NCBI GenBank assembly: GCA_965261595.1 | Contig: CBDHDG010000004.1 | Coordinates: forward strand, 736,001-800,000 | Direction: 5' to 3' | Length of the DNA stretch: 64,000 bases | Source of the DNA: a bacterium | Lineage (GTDB): Bacteria > UBA8248 > JACPRG01 > G963555815 | Shown: piece by piece, positions 47,776-56,579 of the stretch | Numbering within the stretch: the stretch's first letter is position 1 | Layout of the letters: every line of letters begins with the position of its first letter | The notes under the pieces: generated by a model | Databases searched by the model: none | Seen by the model: the letters and a program-made list of their open reading frames with translations, nothing else | What the model was told of the DNA's origin: nothing | Position numbers and translations under genes: made by a program

Positions 47776-48895
47776 CTAATCTTCGATCTCGCTCAGCAGC
47801 ATCATCTTTAACGCTGCGTTCTCTTTCGCCGTGTCCACGTTCAGCCGGAACTTCAGGAACCGGACACTCTTCATTCGGGACGCTTTCGATCCCCCGCGCT
47901 TCCCATACATCCTCCGGAAGAGCCTGCCGGGAAGCGGCCTTCCCGCTTTCAGCTTTGCCGCCGCGATCAACCGCATCCTGAATCGGGCCTGTTGTTCCGG
48001 GGTTTACCCCTCCATGACCTGTTGAGCCTGCCGGGAAAGCCGGCGATAGGCGGCGCTGAAGCCTTTATCGCCCAGGGTGCCGCGATTGCCGGTCTCCAGC
48101 CCCTCGTTGATCCGCTTGTACTGCCCTCTCGTCATATGAAACTTGAACGGACACCCCTTGAAATAGCTCATGACGTTCCGCCGATCGGGCGCCAGGGTGT
48201 AGGTCTTCGTCCGATTCCCAACCTTCACGGGAATGGAGATCTTTCCCTTGGCCGGATCGCAGTGGTCGCCATAAACGGTTTTGAAAATTCCAGTCCCCGC
48301 GTCGGGCGGCGTGTCATGGACGCTGAAATGCGCCCTGGAGTCGCCGTCGAAGCCCTTCAACCCGATCCCATTTTTTGCGATGATCTTCGCCGCCGCCGAG
48401 ATCGTCGCGGGACCCCCCCTAAAGGGATGGGCGGTGTGGAGATAGTGGCCCATCTCATGGGCGAGGAGTGTGCTCCCTCCGAATTTTTTCGGCATCGTCA
48501 CGTAATATCCAAGCGCGGACGAGAAACCCCCTGAGCGAGACTTCAGCTCCCAGTGTTTTTCCTTCTTGTTCCACTTGGCGTATGTGTTTCCACCACGACT
48601 ATAGACAACAAGCTTGTCCGGGTATTTGAGCGCCCACGCGGTTCGCGCGGCGGCCCTGGGCCTCGAGTCGCAAAGAACCCAGGAATCTTCCTTGTCCGCC
48701 TTGCCGTTACCGTTCAGGTCGCGTTTTTTGTTCTTCACGATGGTCCCGGCGGTCTGGCCGGACGCGAGCTTACAGTCTTGGTTCATCGTGGTGTTTTTGA
48801 TCAGGCCATTGAAATTGAATCCGGGATCGACGTGAATCTGGACGTTGCCGCCGTTGCGCGCGTATATCCCGTTGGCCTTCTTGATCGCCGCCTCC
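47776..48895 (-). pseudogene. Zinc metalloprotease (M43/pappalysin-like), 5' truncated and with an in-frame TAA at 48004-48006
   Basis: LAHEMGHYLHTAH, DTPPD, Met-turn NVMSY; reading continues EG*TPEQQARF in frame to 47776. Confidence 0.7.
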
Positions 48896-49099
48896 GCCAC
48901 GAAGAACATGATCGCCGAAGCCGCATCCGCCGGCCAATACGAAACCGAGTTCGGCAAGTATCCCCGCGTTCAAATCCTCACCATCGTTGACCTCTTCAAC
49001 GGCAAAAAACCCGCCATCCCCTTCATCGACCCCGTGATGTTTAAAAAAGCCCCAAAGGTGGATACAACGAAACAGGAAGGTCTGTTCCAAAAAGATTAA
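48893..49099 (+). pseudogene. 3' fragment of a DNA methyltransferase/restriction endonuclease fusion gene
   Basis: TKNMIAEAASAGQY-YPRVQILTIVDLFNGK-FKKA matches the C-terminus typical of N6/N4-MTase plus Mrr-like proteins; no N-terminal part present. Confidence 0.65.
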
Positions 49100-49222
49100 A
49101 ATCCAATCGGCGTGGGCATTTTAAGAAATCATTGAATTTCGTTTAAATTTCGTCATATTGAACAAGAGCGTTATCTCGTGGAGCATTCCGCGCGTGGATT
49201 GCGTCACATGGGGGGGAAACTG

Positions 49223-49775
49223 CGAGATTCCTCCTCGGGGGGTCCCCTCGATCGGAATGACGGTGTGCTGGAGTCGTGTAATGCCAGGGAAACACGTGGA
49301 TTCCACCGTCATCGACTGTGAAAGCCGGGTGAGCGCAACGGACCCGCCCGTTGGTGGGACGGACCCGCCCGTCGGCGGGATCGTGATAGGTCCGCCCTTC
49401 ATTCTTCGCCCGAGAGGGGACTGCGGCATAAAAAAGTACGATCCAAACCCAAAGACAGAACAACAAATAAATCAATGAGTTATTAAAACAATGGGGAGAG
49501 AGAATAGGATAATCGACCTAGCCTGGATTTCTCACCAACGATTCCGTTACAGGCCCGTCAATGATCGGCATTGGATTGTTGACCAACGCATCGGGGCGGG
49601 TACGGGAGTCCACTGACTCTCGCCCCACCCCTACAATTCAGAGCCCCTACCATCAAATCCGGTGTAAGAGCGGGGCTCCGTACCCGCCCCCCTCAAAGAC
49701 AGGGTGTTCCACCCACCTCGGTTTCCATCTCTGGGGCAAACGGGGGAACGGCCGGGGGACTGTCCGCCTTTGAAG
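49223..49775. repeat. Cluster of degenerate palindromic extragenic repeats
   Basis: GAGATTCCTC...TCGGAATGAC hairpin, duplicated ACGGACCCGCCCGT(T/C)GG(T/C)GGGA, TAGCCTGGATTTCTCAC, GGGGACTGTCC. Confidence 0.5.
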
Positions 49776-49898
49776 ACGGGCGAGCCCCATCCAAAATTCC
49801 TTTGATCCTTTCGGTTTTTGGTTGACCCGCGCCCGGTTCGAGATGCATCTATAGTCATTCGCCAGATTTAGCCGGACGCCATTAAAGGAGCGGACGCC

Positions 49899-51029
49899 TT
49901 GACCAACCCCGAGAGCCTTCTGAAAGCGTTCATCCCCTACCCCAACGCCGAGCCCGACGACGTTCGCCGGTTCATCGCCGAGGGGGTCCGGCCCCGCGTC
50001 AAGTCCCAGGACGCTTACCTGGACGAGGACGGGAACCTCATCGCCCGCCTCGGACCGGAGCCGACTTCGGGGACTTCACCCTACTACATCTGCGCGTACG
50101 CCCAGGATTTCGGCCCCGGAAACCAGGAAGACCCCTATGAGCCCAAGGTCGTGGACGGCTCCCCCCATGGCCAGCAGGGCGACTCCCTCTGGGGGCGGGG
50201 GAACTGCGAGCATCGCGGGGCGCTGGCCTCGGCCCTGGCCGCCTTCAACACCCTCATCGGATCGGACACGCTTTTTAAGCGGCCCCTGTACTTCCTTGTC
50301 CTCGCGACCGGAGAGTCCGGCCACCACCGGGTCATCAACACGGCGCTCAAGAAAAACTCCCTCCCGATGGGGGACGCGGTCATCGCCCGGGGAACCGGGA
50401 ACCGCATCTGCCTCGGCAACAAGGGGAGCCTCCACGCGCGAATCGAGGTCTACGGCAAGTCCTATCACCCCAGCAACCCCGCCAAGGCCCTGAACGCCAT
50501 CGACGGGGCCGAGGAGGCCCTGCGCCGGCTTCGCGAATACACCTCCGCCCACCCCGTCCAAGACGATGAGCTGGGCGATTCCGTCCTCGTCCCCATCGGC
50601 CTCGAATCCTTCCCGAAGGGGCCGATCATCCCGGACCGCTGCGAGATCGAGCTTTCGGGACGGCTCGTCCCCGGACAGGACCCCGAACGCCTGATCGCGG
50701 GGCTGCGAGAGGCCCTTCATCTCCCCGACGGGTTCAATGCGGAAATCGTCCTGGAGCGCTTTCACTACGCCGCGAAAGTCCCCCCGGACGACCTTCTGGC
50801 CTTTGTCGCCGAGGAGGCCGTCCGCGAGGCCGAGACCGACCCGTCCCCGATCTACATGCACTCCTCCCTGGACGCCGGATGGTTCTGCCACCGGGGACGC
50901 GCGGCCATCTCCCTGGGACCCGGCGCGCCAGAGCTCGCCCATTCGGCCCATGACATGGTGTCCATCCAGGAGATCAAGGACGGCTCGCGGATCTACTTTT
51001 CCCTCTACCGAAAGCTGGCCACCGCGTGA
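49899..51029 (+). CDS. M20/M25/M40-fold peptidase/deacylase with non-canonical metal ligands
   Basis: DEDGNLIARLG, LWGRG, GNKG, GKSYHPS-NAI, IPDRC, GPG-LAH. Confidence 0.8.
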   Translation: MTNPESLLKAFIPYPNAEPDDVRRFIAEGVRPRVKSQDAYLDEDGNLIARLGPEPTSGTSPYYICAYAQDFGPGNQEDPYEPKVVDGSPHGQQGDSLWGRGNCEHRGALASALAAFNTLIGSDTLFKRPLYFLVLATGESGHHRVINTALKKNSLPMGDAVIARGTGNRICLGNKGSLHARIEVYGKSYHPSNPAKALNAIDGAEEALRRLREYTSAHPVQDDELGDSVLVPIGLESFPKGPIIPDRCEIELSGRLVPGQDPERLIAGLREALHLPDGFNAEIVLERFHYAAKVPPDDLLAFVAEEAVREAETDPSPIYMHSSLDAGWFCHRGRAAISLGPGAPELAHSAHDMVSIQEIKDGSRIYFSLYRKLATA

Positions 51030-52075
51030 CCGCGAAGAACACGGACCGGTTCGACCACATCGGCGTTTGCCTGACGTGCAGACTCCCTTCGCCGGACATC
51101 ATCCGGTATGCCCGGCTGGCGGACGCGGCGGGGATCGGCAGCGTCTGGGTCAACGAGAGCCACTACTACCGCTCGGCCTTCTCGGCCTTGGCCGCCGTCG
51201 CGGCCGTGACCAAAAAAACGCTGCTGGGGACCGGCGTGGTCAGCGCCTTCGCGCGCCATCCGGCGTTCACGGCCATGGACGCCGCCACCATCGACGAGAT
51301 TTCGGGCGGGCGGTTTCTCCTGGGGATCGGCGCGACGCCGGTCTGGGGAGAAGACTCGGCGCTGCGAAACGGCGAGCGGCCCCTGGCCGCCGTCCGGGAG
51401 ACGACGGAGATCGTCCGCGGCCTCCTCGCCCGGAACCTCTCGGACTACCACGGGAAGTTCTTCACGATGCTGGAGTCCGACCACCACAGTGAATGGGGCG
51501 CCTCCCTCAACTTCAAGCCGGTGCGCGAGAAGATCCCCATCTTCTATGGCGTGAAGGGGGAAAAGCTCCTGAAGCTGGCCGGCGCGGCGGCCGACGGGGT
51601 CCTCCTGACGAACCCCGCGACGCCCGCGTACATCCGCGAGGCGCGGACCGTCATCGAGGCGGGCGCGCGCGAGGCGGGCCGGGATCTCTCGGACTTCACC
51701 ACTGCGGCCTTCGTCACGTTCTCCGTCGGGGACGACCGGGAGGAGGCCCGAGACGCCGTACGGGGGATGCTGGCGACGTACGTCGAGCACGTCGGGGTCG
51801 AGCATTCGGAGATCCTCGGCCTGAGCCGAAAGGAGGTCGCGGCCTACCAGGACGCGTTCGAATCGGGAGGCATCGAGGCCGCGGTGAAACTGGTGAAGGA
51901 CGACCTGATCGACCGGCTGACCGTCGCGGGAACGGCGGAGGACTGCATCGAGCGGCTCTCGGCCTACATCGAAGCGGGCCTGGACATCCCCGTCTGCTTT
52001 CACGTCCTGGGACCGGACCGGGAACGGGCGATCCGGATCATCGGAGAGAAGGTCGTCCCGGCGCTCTGCGGATAA
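51026..52075 (+). CDS. LLM-class flavin/F420-dependent oxidoreductase (Mer-like)
   Basis: VWVNESHYYR, LGTGV, RHPA, SGGRFLLGIG, ADGV, AGTAEDC. Confidence 0.92.
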   Translation: MTAKNTDRFDHIGVCLTCRLPSPDIIRYARLADAAGIGSVWVNESHYYRSAFSALAAVAAVTKKTLLGTGVVSAFARHPAFTAMDAATIDEISGGRFLLGIGATPVWGEDSALRNGERPLAAVRETTEIVRGLLARNLSDYHGKFFTMLESDHHSEWGASLNFKPVREKIPIFYGVKGEKLLKLAGAAADGVLLTNPATPAYIREARTVIEAGAREAGRDLSDFTTAAFVTFSVGDDREEARDAVRGMLATYVEHVGVEHSEILGLSRKEVAAYQDAFESGGIEAAVKLVKDDLIDRLTVAGTAEDCIERLSAYIEAGLDIPVCFHVLGPDRERAIRIIGEKVVPALCG

Positions 52076-52079
52076 AGGC

Positions 52080-52131
52080 GGGCCCGGCCCGCTGCGATTT
52101 CGAGAAGCTGGGCCCGGCCCGCTGCGATTTC
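52080..52131. repeat. 22-bp direct repeat, two copies, 30-bp period
   Basis: GGGCCCGGCCCGCTGCGATTTC at 52080-52101 and 52110-52131. Confidence 0.85.
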
Positions 52132-52188
52132 AGGGACACCGGGAAAGCCGATTAGATCATCGGGGGGGCGCGAAATTGAAAGCGAGGA

Positions 52189-52509
52189 CTAACCCGAGGA
52201 ATTGTGATCCGCCCTTTTGGCGTTCATGTAGGTGCGCAGGACCGCGTTCATCCGAGTCTGATATCCCCTCCCTTGGGCCTTGAACCACTTCAGTACATCG
52301 CGATCTATGCGTAGGGAAATCGCTTCTTTCGCTTCAGGCAGGACAATGGCGGCGTCTTTCCAGAATTCTTCATCGGTGAGCGGCGCGTCCGGGTCGGATT
52401 TGGCCGCGGCCTCCACTTCTTCTTCAGTCATCGCGTCCACGCGATTCCAGTCCGTTTCCCCCTTCCGCCCGTCTTCCGAGGAGCGCCTCACGATACGCTT
52501 TCCGCTCAT
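52189..52509 (-). CDS. brnA: BrnA antitoxin
   Basis: TDWNRVDAM, ISLRIDRDVLKWFK-GRGYQTRMNAVLR. Confidence 0.93.
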   Translation of the reverse strand: MSGKRIVRRSSEDGRKGETDWNRVDAMTEEEVEAAAKSDPDAPLTDEEFWKDAAIVLPEAKEAISLRIDRDVLKWFKAQGRGYQTRMNAVLRTYMNAKRADHNSSG

Positions 52510-52747
52510 CTCTCCTCGCCCTCCTTGCCGAAAAGATTCGGAATTTCTCCTCGCGAATCGTATAAATCACGCACAATTCGCGACCTTCAACCAACCCGAT
52601 TGCCACGTTCCGGGTTTCACCAAATCCCTGAGCGACACTTTCTTTCTCCAAGACCGGACCGTCGAAGATGCGTATGGCATCATCGAAATCGATTCCATGC
52701 TTTTCAATGTTCCGCCGGTTTTTTCGCTCGTCCCACGTAAATTCCAT
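52424..52747 (-). CDS. brnT: BrnT ribonuclease toxin (extended C-terminus overlapping brnA)
   Basis: MEFTWDERKNRRNIEKHGIDF, GETR, VIYTIR, RIFSARRA. Confidence 0.93.
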   Translation of the reverse strand: MEFTWDERKNRRNIEKHGIDFDDAIRIFDGPVLEKESVAQGFGETRNVAIGLVEGRELCVIYTIREEKFRIFSARRARRDERKAYREALLGRRAEGGNGLESRGRDD

Positions 52748-52752
52748 TCCGG

Positions 52753-52775
52753 TATATATACATTATGTATATATA
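52753..52775. promoter_or_regulatory. Perfect AT-rich palindrome, probable BrnA operator
   Basis: TATATATACAT-T-ATGTATATATA, 5 bp upstream of the brnT ATG. Confidence 0.7.
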
Positions 52776-52938
52776 TCGTATTACGGAAAAGTTAAACATG
52801 ATTTCCCCCGGTTTTTTCCCGGCCCATGAACCGCCGGGTCACCGGCGCTCGGACCCCGGCTCTCATCGTCGCACGGCCGGAAAAGGGAACCGCTCCATTC
52901 CATGATAAAACCTTAATGGAAGGAGACACGTAAAATCC

Positions 52939-54036
52939 ATGCTGGAATACGATTTCGAGAAGACCTTTCATTTTCGGGGGAAGCCGGATTTCCACCTCGA
53001 GGCGGCCGATTCGATGGATCGGGAGCTGACCGTCCTGTTCGGTCCTTCCGGGTCGGGGAAAAGCACGATCCTCAACATGTTGGCGGGCATCGTGAAACCC
53101 GACCGGGGCCGGGCGGTGCTTCAGGGGACGACGCTCTACGACTCGGCGAAGCGGATCGACTTTCCCCTGCGCGCGCGAAACATCGGGTATGTCTTCCAGG
53201 ATCTGGCGCTTTTCCCGCACCTGAGCGTCGAGCGCAACATCGCCTACGGCATGCCCAACGGAACCCCGAAGGAATCACGCGTCCGGGAGCTCATCGCCCA
53301 GTTCGGCCTCGCGGGGCAGGAACGGAAATTTCCCGCCCAGCTCTCCGGCGGGCAGCGGCAGCGGGTCGCCATCGCCCGGACCCTCGCGGCCGAGCCGTCC
53401 CTGCTCATCATGGATGAGCCCCTCTCGGCGCTGGACGAGCCCACGCGGGAGCGGATCCTGTGGGACATCTCCGCCCTGAAAGAGCAGTTCGCCATCCCGA
53501 TGCTCTACGTCACGCACAACCTGCGGGAGGCCTATTCGCTGGCCGACCGTGTGGTGGTCATCGATCAGGGCAAGGTCATTGAAAAGGGGGCGCGGGAGGA
53601 TATTCTGGAGCGTCCGGCGCACTTCCGGACGGCCCAGTGCGTCGGCATCGAGAACCTCTTCGCCTGCCGGGTCCTGAACTTCGCGAACGGTGAAATGAAG
53701 GTTCAGATGGGGGAGAAGGAGATCTCCCTCCAGGAGGACGCCCGGTTTCGTCCGGGGGAGCGGGCCTACCTGGGGATCTCCCCCTCGGACGTGCGGTTGT
53801 CGGTGAGGCCGGAAAACCGGCCCAACACGCTAAAGGCCGCCGTCATCTCGATCATGGAGCGGAAAAACATCATGGTCGTTCACGTGAAAATATCTCCCGA
53901 CGGCCCGAGGGTGGTCGCGGATATTCAGAAACATTTTCTTCCTAAATGGGACTTGGTGAGCGGGTCCCCGGTCGCCAGCGGGTCGCCGGTCTACGTCTCG
54001 TTGACCCAAAACGCCCTGTTCCTCTGCCGTGAATAG
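52939..54036 (+). CDS. modC: Molybdate ABC ATP-binding protein
   Basis: [37 protein letters not shown]-like C-terminus; near modAB. Confidence 0.85.
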   Translation: MLEYDFEKTFHFRGKPDFHLEAADSMDRELTVLFGPSGSGKSTILNMLAGIVKPDRGRAVLQGTTLYDSAKRIDFPLRARNIGYVFQDLALFPHLSVERNIAYGMPNGTPKESRVRELIAQFGLAGQERKFPAQLSGGQRQRVAIARTLAAEPSLLIMDEPLSALDEPTRERILWDISALKEQFAIPMLYVTHNLREAYSLADRVVVIDQGKVIEKGAREDILERPAHFRTAQCVGIENLFACRVLNFANGEMKVQMGEKEISLQEDARFRPGERAYLGISPSDVRLSVRPENRPNTLKAAVISIMERKNIMVVHVKISPDGPRVVADIQKHFLPKWDLVSGSPVASGSPVYVSLTQNALFLCRE

Positions 54037-54071
54037 GTCAACGAAGCGCGCGGCGGGCGCGCCGCCCGCCC

Positions 54072-54452
54072 TTACGCGACCAGATCGCCTTCCGGGATCA
54101 TCATGGCTTCGCCCGCCTCAGCCGGATCGTCTTCGCTCCCCTCATCCATACCCCCCGCCAGGCTTTTGAGGGCCTTTTCCTCCTCGAGCAGGGCCTGGGT
54201 GATGAGAAAGCTGTCCACCCGGTATCGGCCGTCCTGGATGGCCTCCTTGAGACCCTCAATCCGTTCCGTCCGATCGGCGGAATTGAGCTTTTCAAGTCCC
54301 TGGATCTCCGATAGGGCGACGGCCCCTTCGGAGAGCTTCACCACAACGCTGGAATTCTTCTGAACGGCCCGCCGCCTCGACATCAGGGGCTTTCTCCGGC
54401 CGACCTTCGACATGGACTGGTAATTCTTGTGCGGGTTGGCGTTCAACGTCAT
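54072..54452 (-). CDS. flgM: Anti-sigma-28 factor FlgM-like
   Basis: VKLSE, RTERIEGLKEAIQDGRYRVD-ITQALL FlgM C-terminal motif; GAGGAG RBS. Confidence 0.8.
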   Translation of the reverse strand: MTLNANPHKNYQSMSKVGRRKPLMSRRRAVQKNSSVVVKLSEGAVALSEIQGLEKLNSADRTERIEGLKEAIQDGRYRVDSFLITQALLEEEKALKSLAGGMDEGSEDDPAEAGEAMMIPEGDLVA

Positions 54453-54510
54453 CGACCATTCTCCTCTATACGCCCGGCGGCGTGATGTCCGACCGGCGCC
54501 AACCCTCACC

Positions 54511-54547
54511 AAAAGAAAACGCCCATCCAGCGTAGGATGGGCGCTTT
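54511..54547 (-). terminator. Intrinsic terminator (riboswitch expression platform)
   Basis: CGCCCATCC-TACGCT-GGATGGGCG followed by TTTTCTTTT on the minus strand. Confidence 0.85.
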
Positions 54548-54561
54548 CGACACGAGGTCCG

Positions 54562-54652
54562 CGTCGGCAGCCCTACTGCCTTACCCCAACTTCGGGGATT
54601 AGGCTAGCGGCTTTGCGCCCTACCCTTTCTGTGTAGTTTGCCTTTTACGACT
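54562..54652 (-). ncRNA. Cyclic di-GMP-I (GEMM) riboswitch
   Basis: Minus strand AAAGGCAAAC-TACACAGAAAGGGTAG-GGCGCAAAGCC-CCTAA...GGGCTGCCGA matches the GEMM consensus; G at the Vc2 G20-equivalent position. Confidence 0.88.
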
Positions 54653-54708
54653 CAAACTTCCTGATCAATCTTTCTAAACGCCGGCTTGGTTCGCCGCCGT
54701 TAATCACC

Positions 54709-54737
54709 ATATCGGGATTCGAGGCCGCTCACTTTAG
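54709..54737 (-). promoter_or_regulatory. Sigma28/FliA-type promoter
   Basis: CTAAAG...CCCGATAT on the minus strand (TAAA-N16-CCCGATAT; spacer one longer than the usual consensus). Confidence 0.6.
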
Positions 54738-54813
54738 TGGAATTCCCCATTCCGCCGATTTTTCCATCCCCGCAACACAAATCCGCCGGGACGTTTCCGG
54801 CCGCGCCGCGCCG

Positions 54814-55491
54814 TCAGGTCCCGACTTTCACCCGTTCGCGGCTCCACCAGGTGGCCAGATAAAGGGCCAGAAAAGATATGCCCGTGTGGCCCAAAACCAG
54901 CCAGTGGGCCTGTCCCAGGTCGCCCCCCGCGAAGGCCCCGTAAATCTCGAGCGGCATCGTATTGGTCCGCCCGGGGATGTTGCCCGCCAACATGAGGGTC
55001 GCGCCGAACTCCCCCATGGCCCGGGCGAACGCCAGAATGAGGCCGGCGATCAGCCCATGCCGCGCCAGGGGAAGGGTGATGGTCAGCGCGGTGGACCACT
55101 CGCTCTTGCCCAACAACTGCGAGGCGTACTCCACGTTGCGGTCCACCGATTCGATGGCCGCCCGTCCGGTCCGGACCATGAAGGGCAAGGAGACCACCGT
55201 GGACGCGACAATCGCCGCCCACCAAGTGAAGGTCACCGACCAACCCGTCAGGTCGTAGAGCGGCCCGCCGAGCAAACCCTTTCGGCCCAGGAGGCGGAAC
55301 AGGTAATAACCGGTGACCGTCGGCGGCAGCACCAGCGGCAGCGTGACCAGGATGTCCAGGATGTTCTTTCCCGGAAAGTCGCGCTTGGCGAAAAAGTAGG
55401 CGATGGACGTCCCCACAACGGCCACGATCAACGTCGAAACACCGGCGACCCATAGAGACAACTGTACGGAAAACCAAGCTTGGCCTTCCAA
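54814..55491 (-). CDS. modB: Molybdate ABC permease
   Basis: LPLVLPPTVTGY, FARAMGEFGATLMLAGNIPGRT. Confidence 0.96.
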   Translation of the reverse strand: MEGQAWFSVQLSLWVAGVSTLIVAVVGTSIAYFFAKRDFPGKNILDILVTLPLVLPPTVTGYYLFRLLGRKGLLGGPLYDLTGWSVTFTWWAAIVASTVVSLPFMVRTGRAAIESVDRNVEYASQLLGKSEWSTALTITLPLARHGLIAGLILAFARAMGEFGATLMLAGNIPGRTNTMPLEIYGAFAGGDLGQAHWLVLGHTGISFLALYLATWWSRERVKVGT

Positions 55492-55581
55492 TGCCGCACT
55501 CCCCTGTCAATGCCCCGGGCGCCGTTCCCGCCACCCTTCGAGGCTGAAGGCGAATCCCCCCCCCCCCACTCCGCCGCCGGA

Positions 55582-56349
55582 TTACGGCGGATCGGCGGAT
55601 CCGAATCCGGCCCGGGACAATATGGCGCGGGACGCTTCCCCAAGGACGAATTTCAAAAAGCGCATCGCTCCCCGGGGATAACGGGATTCCGCGATCACCG
55701 CAATCGGATACGCGATGCGCGCGTGGCTTCCGGGCGGCGCCTCGGCCACGAGATCGACCCGGCCTTTTTCCCGCAACGCGTCGGTCCGGTAGACGATGCC
55801 CGCGTCCACCTCCCCCCGCACGACATAATCCAGGACCTGCCGGACGTGCTCGGCGAATATCAGCCTCGCGGAGAGCTTCTTCCAGTAACCCAAAGCGACG
55901 AGCGCCTGTTTGGCGTAAATGCCCGCCGGGACATGGCGGGGATTGCCGATGACCAGCCTCCCTTGGAATCCCCTCCCCAAAAATGTAAACCCATCCACCG
56001 CCCCGCTTCCGCGCGGCCGGACCAGGCTCAGACGGTTCGTGGCGAACACCTTCCGCGTTCCGGGCTGAAGGAGGTTCGCCCTCTCCAACGCTTCCATCGG
56101 AAACAACGCGGCGGGGGCGAACACATCCACCGGGGCGCCCAGCTCGATTTGCCGCTGAAGATGGCCCGAGGAGCCGAGGTTCAATGAAACGCGGTGTTCC
56201 GGATGGCGCGACTCGAATTCCTTCACAATCTTCCGGAACACCTCCTTGAGACTGATGGCGGCGGACACGGTCAACCGGGCCGCTTCCCCCCGGGGCGGCG
56301 CCGCGAAACCCGCAAGCATGATGAAAAGAAAGAGTATGGCGCGACGCAC
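55582..56349 (-). CDS. modA: Molybdate-binding periplasmic protein
   Basis: SAAISL, GSSGHL-QIELGAPVD, VPAGIYA, GIVYRTD. Confidence 0.95.
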   Translation of the reverse strand: MRRAILFLFIMLAGFAAPPRGEAARLTVSAAISLKEVFRKIVKEFESRHPEHRVSLNLGSSGHLQRQIELGAPVDVFAPAALFPMEALERANLLQPGTRKVFATNRLSLVRPRGSGAVDGFTFLGRGFQGRLVIGNPRHVPAGIYAKQALVALGYWKKLSARLIFAEHVRQVLDYVVRGEVDAGIVYRTDALREKGRVDLVAEAPPGSHARIAYPIAVIAESRYPRGAMRFLKFVLGEASRAILSRAGFGSADPP

Positions 56350-56579
56350 AAATCCATCCGTCCGATGATGTCGATAAGAAATCAGATAATGACCCAGGAC
56401 CCTACACTAGATATTCAGGACAGTCCGGAAAAGTCAAGGAGCCTGGAAGACCGGGTCCCGCCGGTGGGGAGTGCGGGATCGCTCGAACTGTCGGGGGGAA
56501 GGAGGGGGAGAGGAAGAGAAGGCGCCGGGACGAAGCGGTCTTCTCTCCCCCTCCCCCCCCTGGCTTCGCAACAACAGGG

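Noticed and set aside
49605..49632. attR copy of the tRNA-Val 3' end (CCACT...CGCCCCACC)
   Set aside because: Match is short and gapped, and no integrase is present
52080..52131. Mini CRISPR array (also considered for 45256-45302)
   Set aside because: Only two or three repeats with 0-8 bp spacers and no cas genes
52750..52778. ModE box upstream of modC
   Set aside because: The spacing between the TATATA half-sites is longer than the ModE consensus, and the site abuts the brnT start
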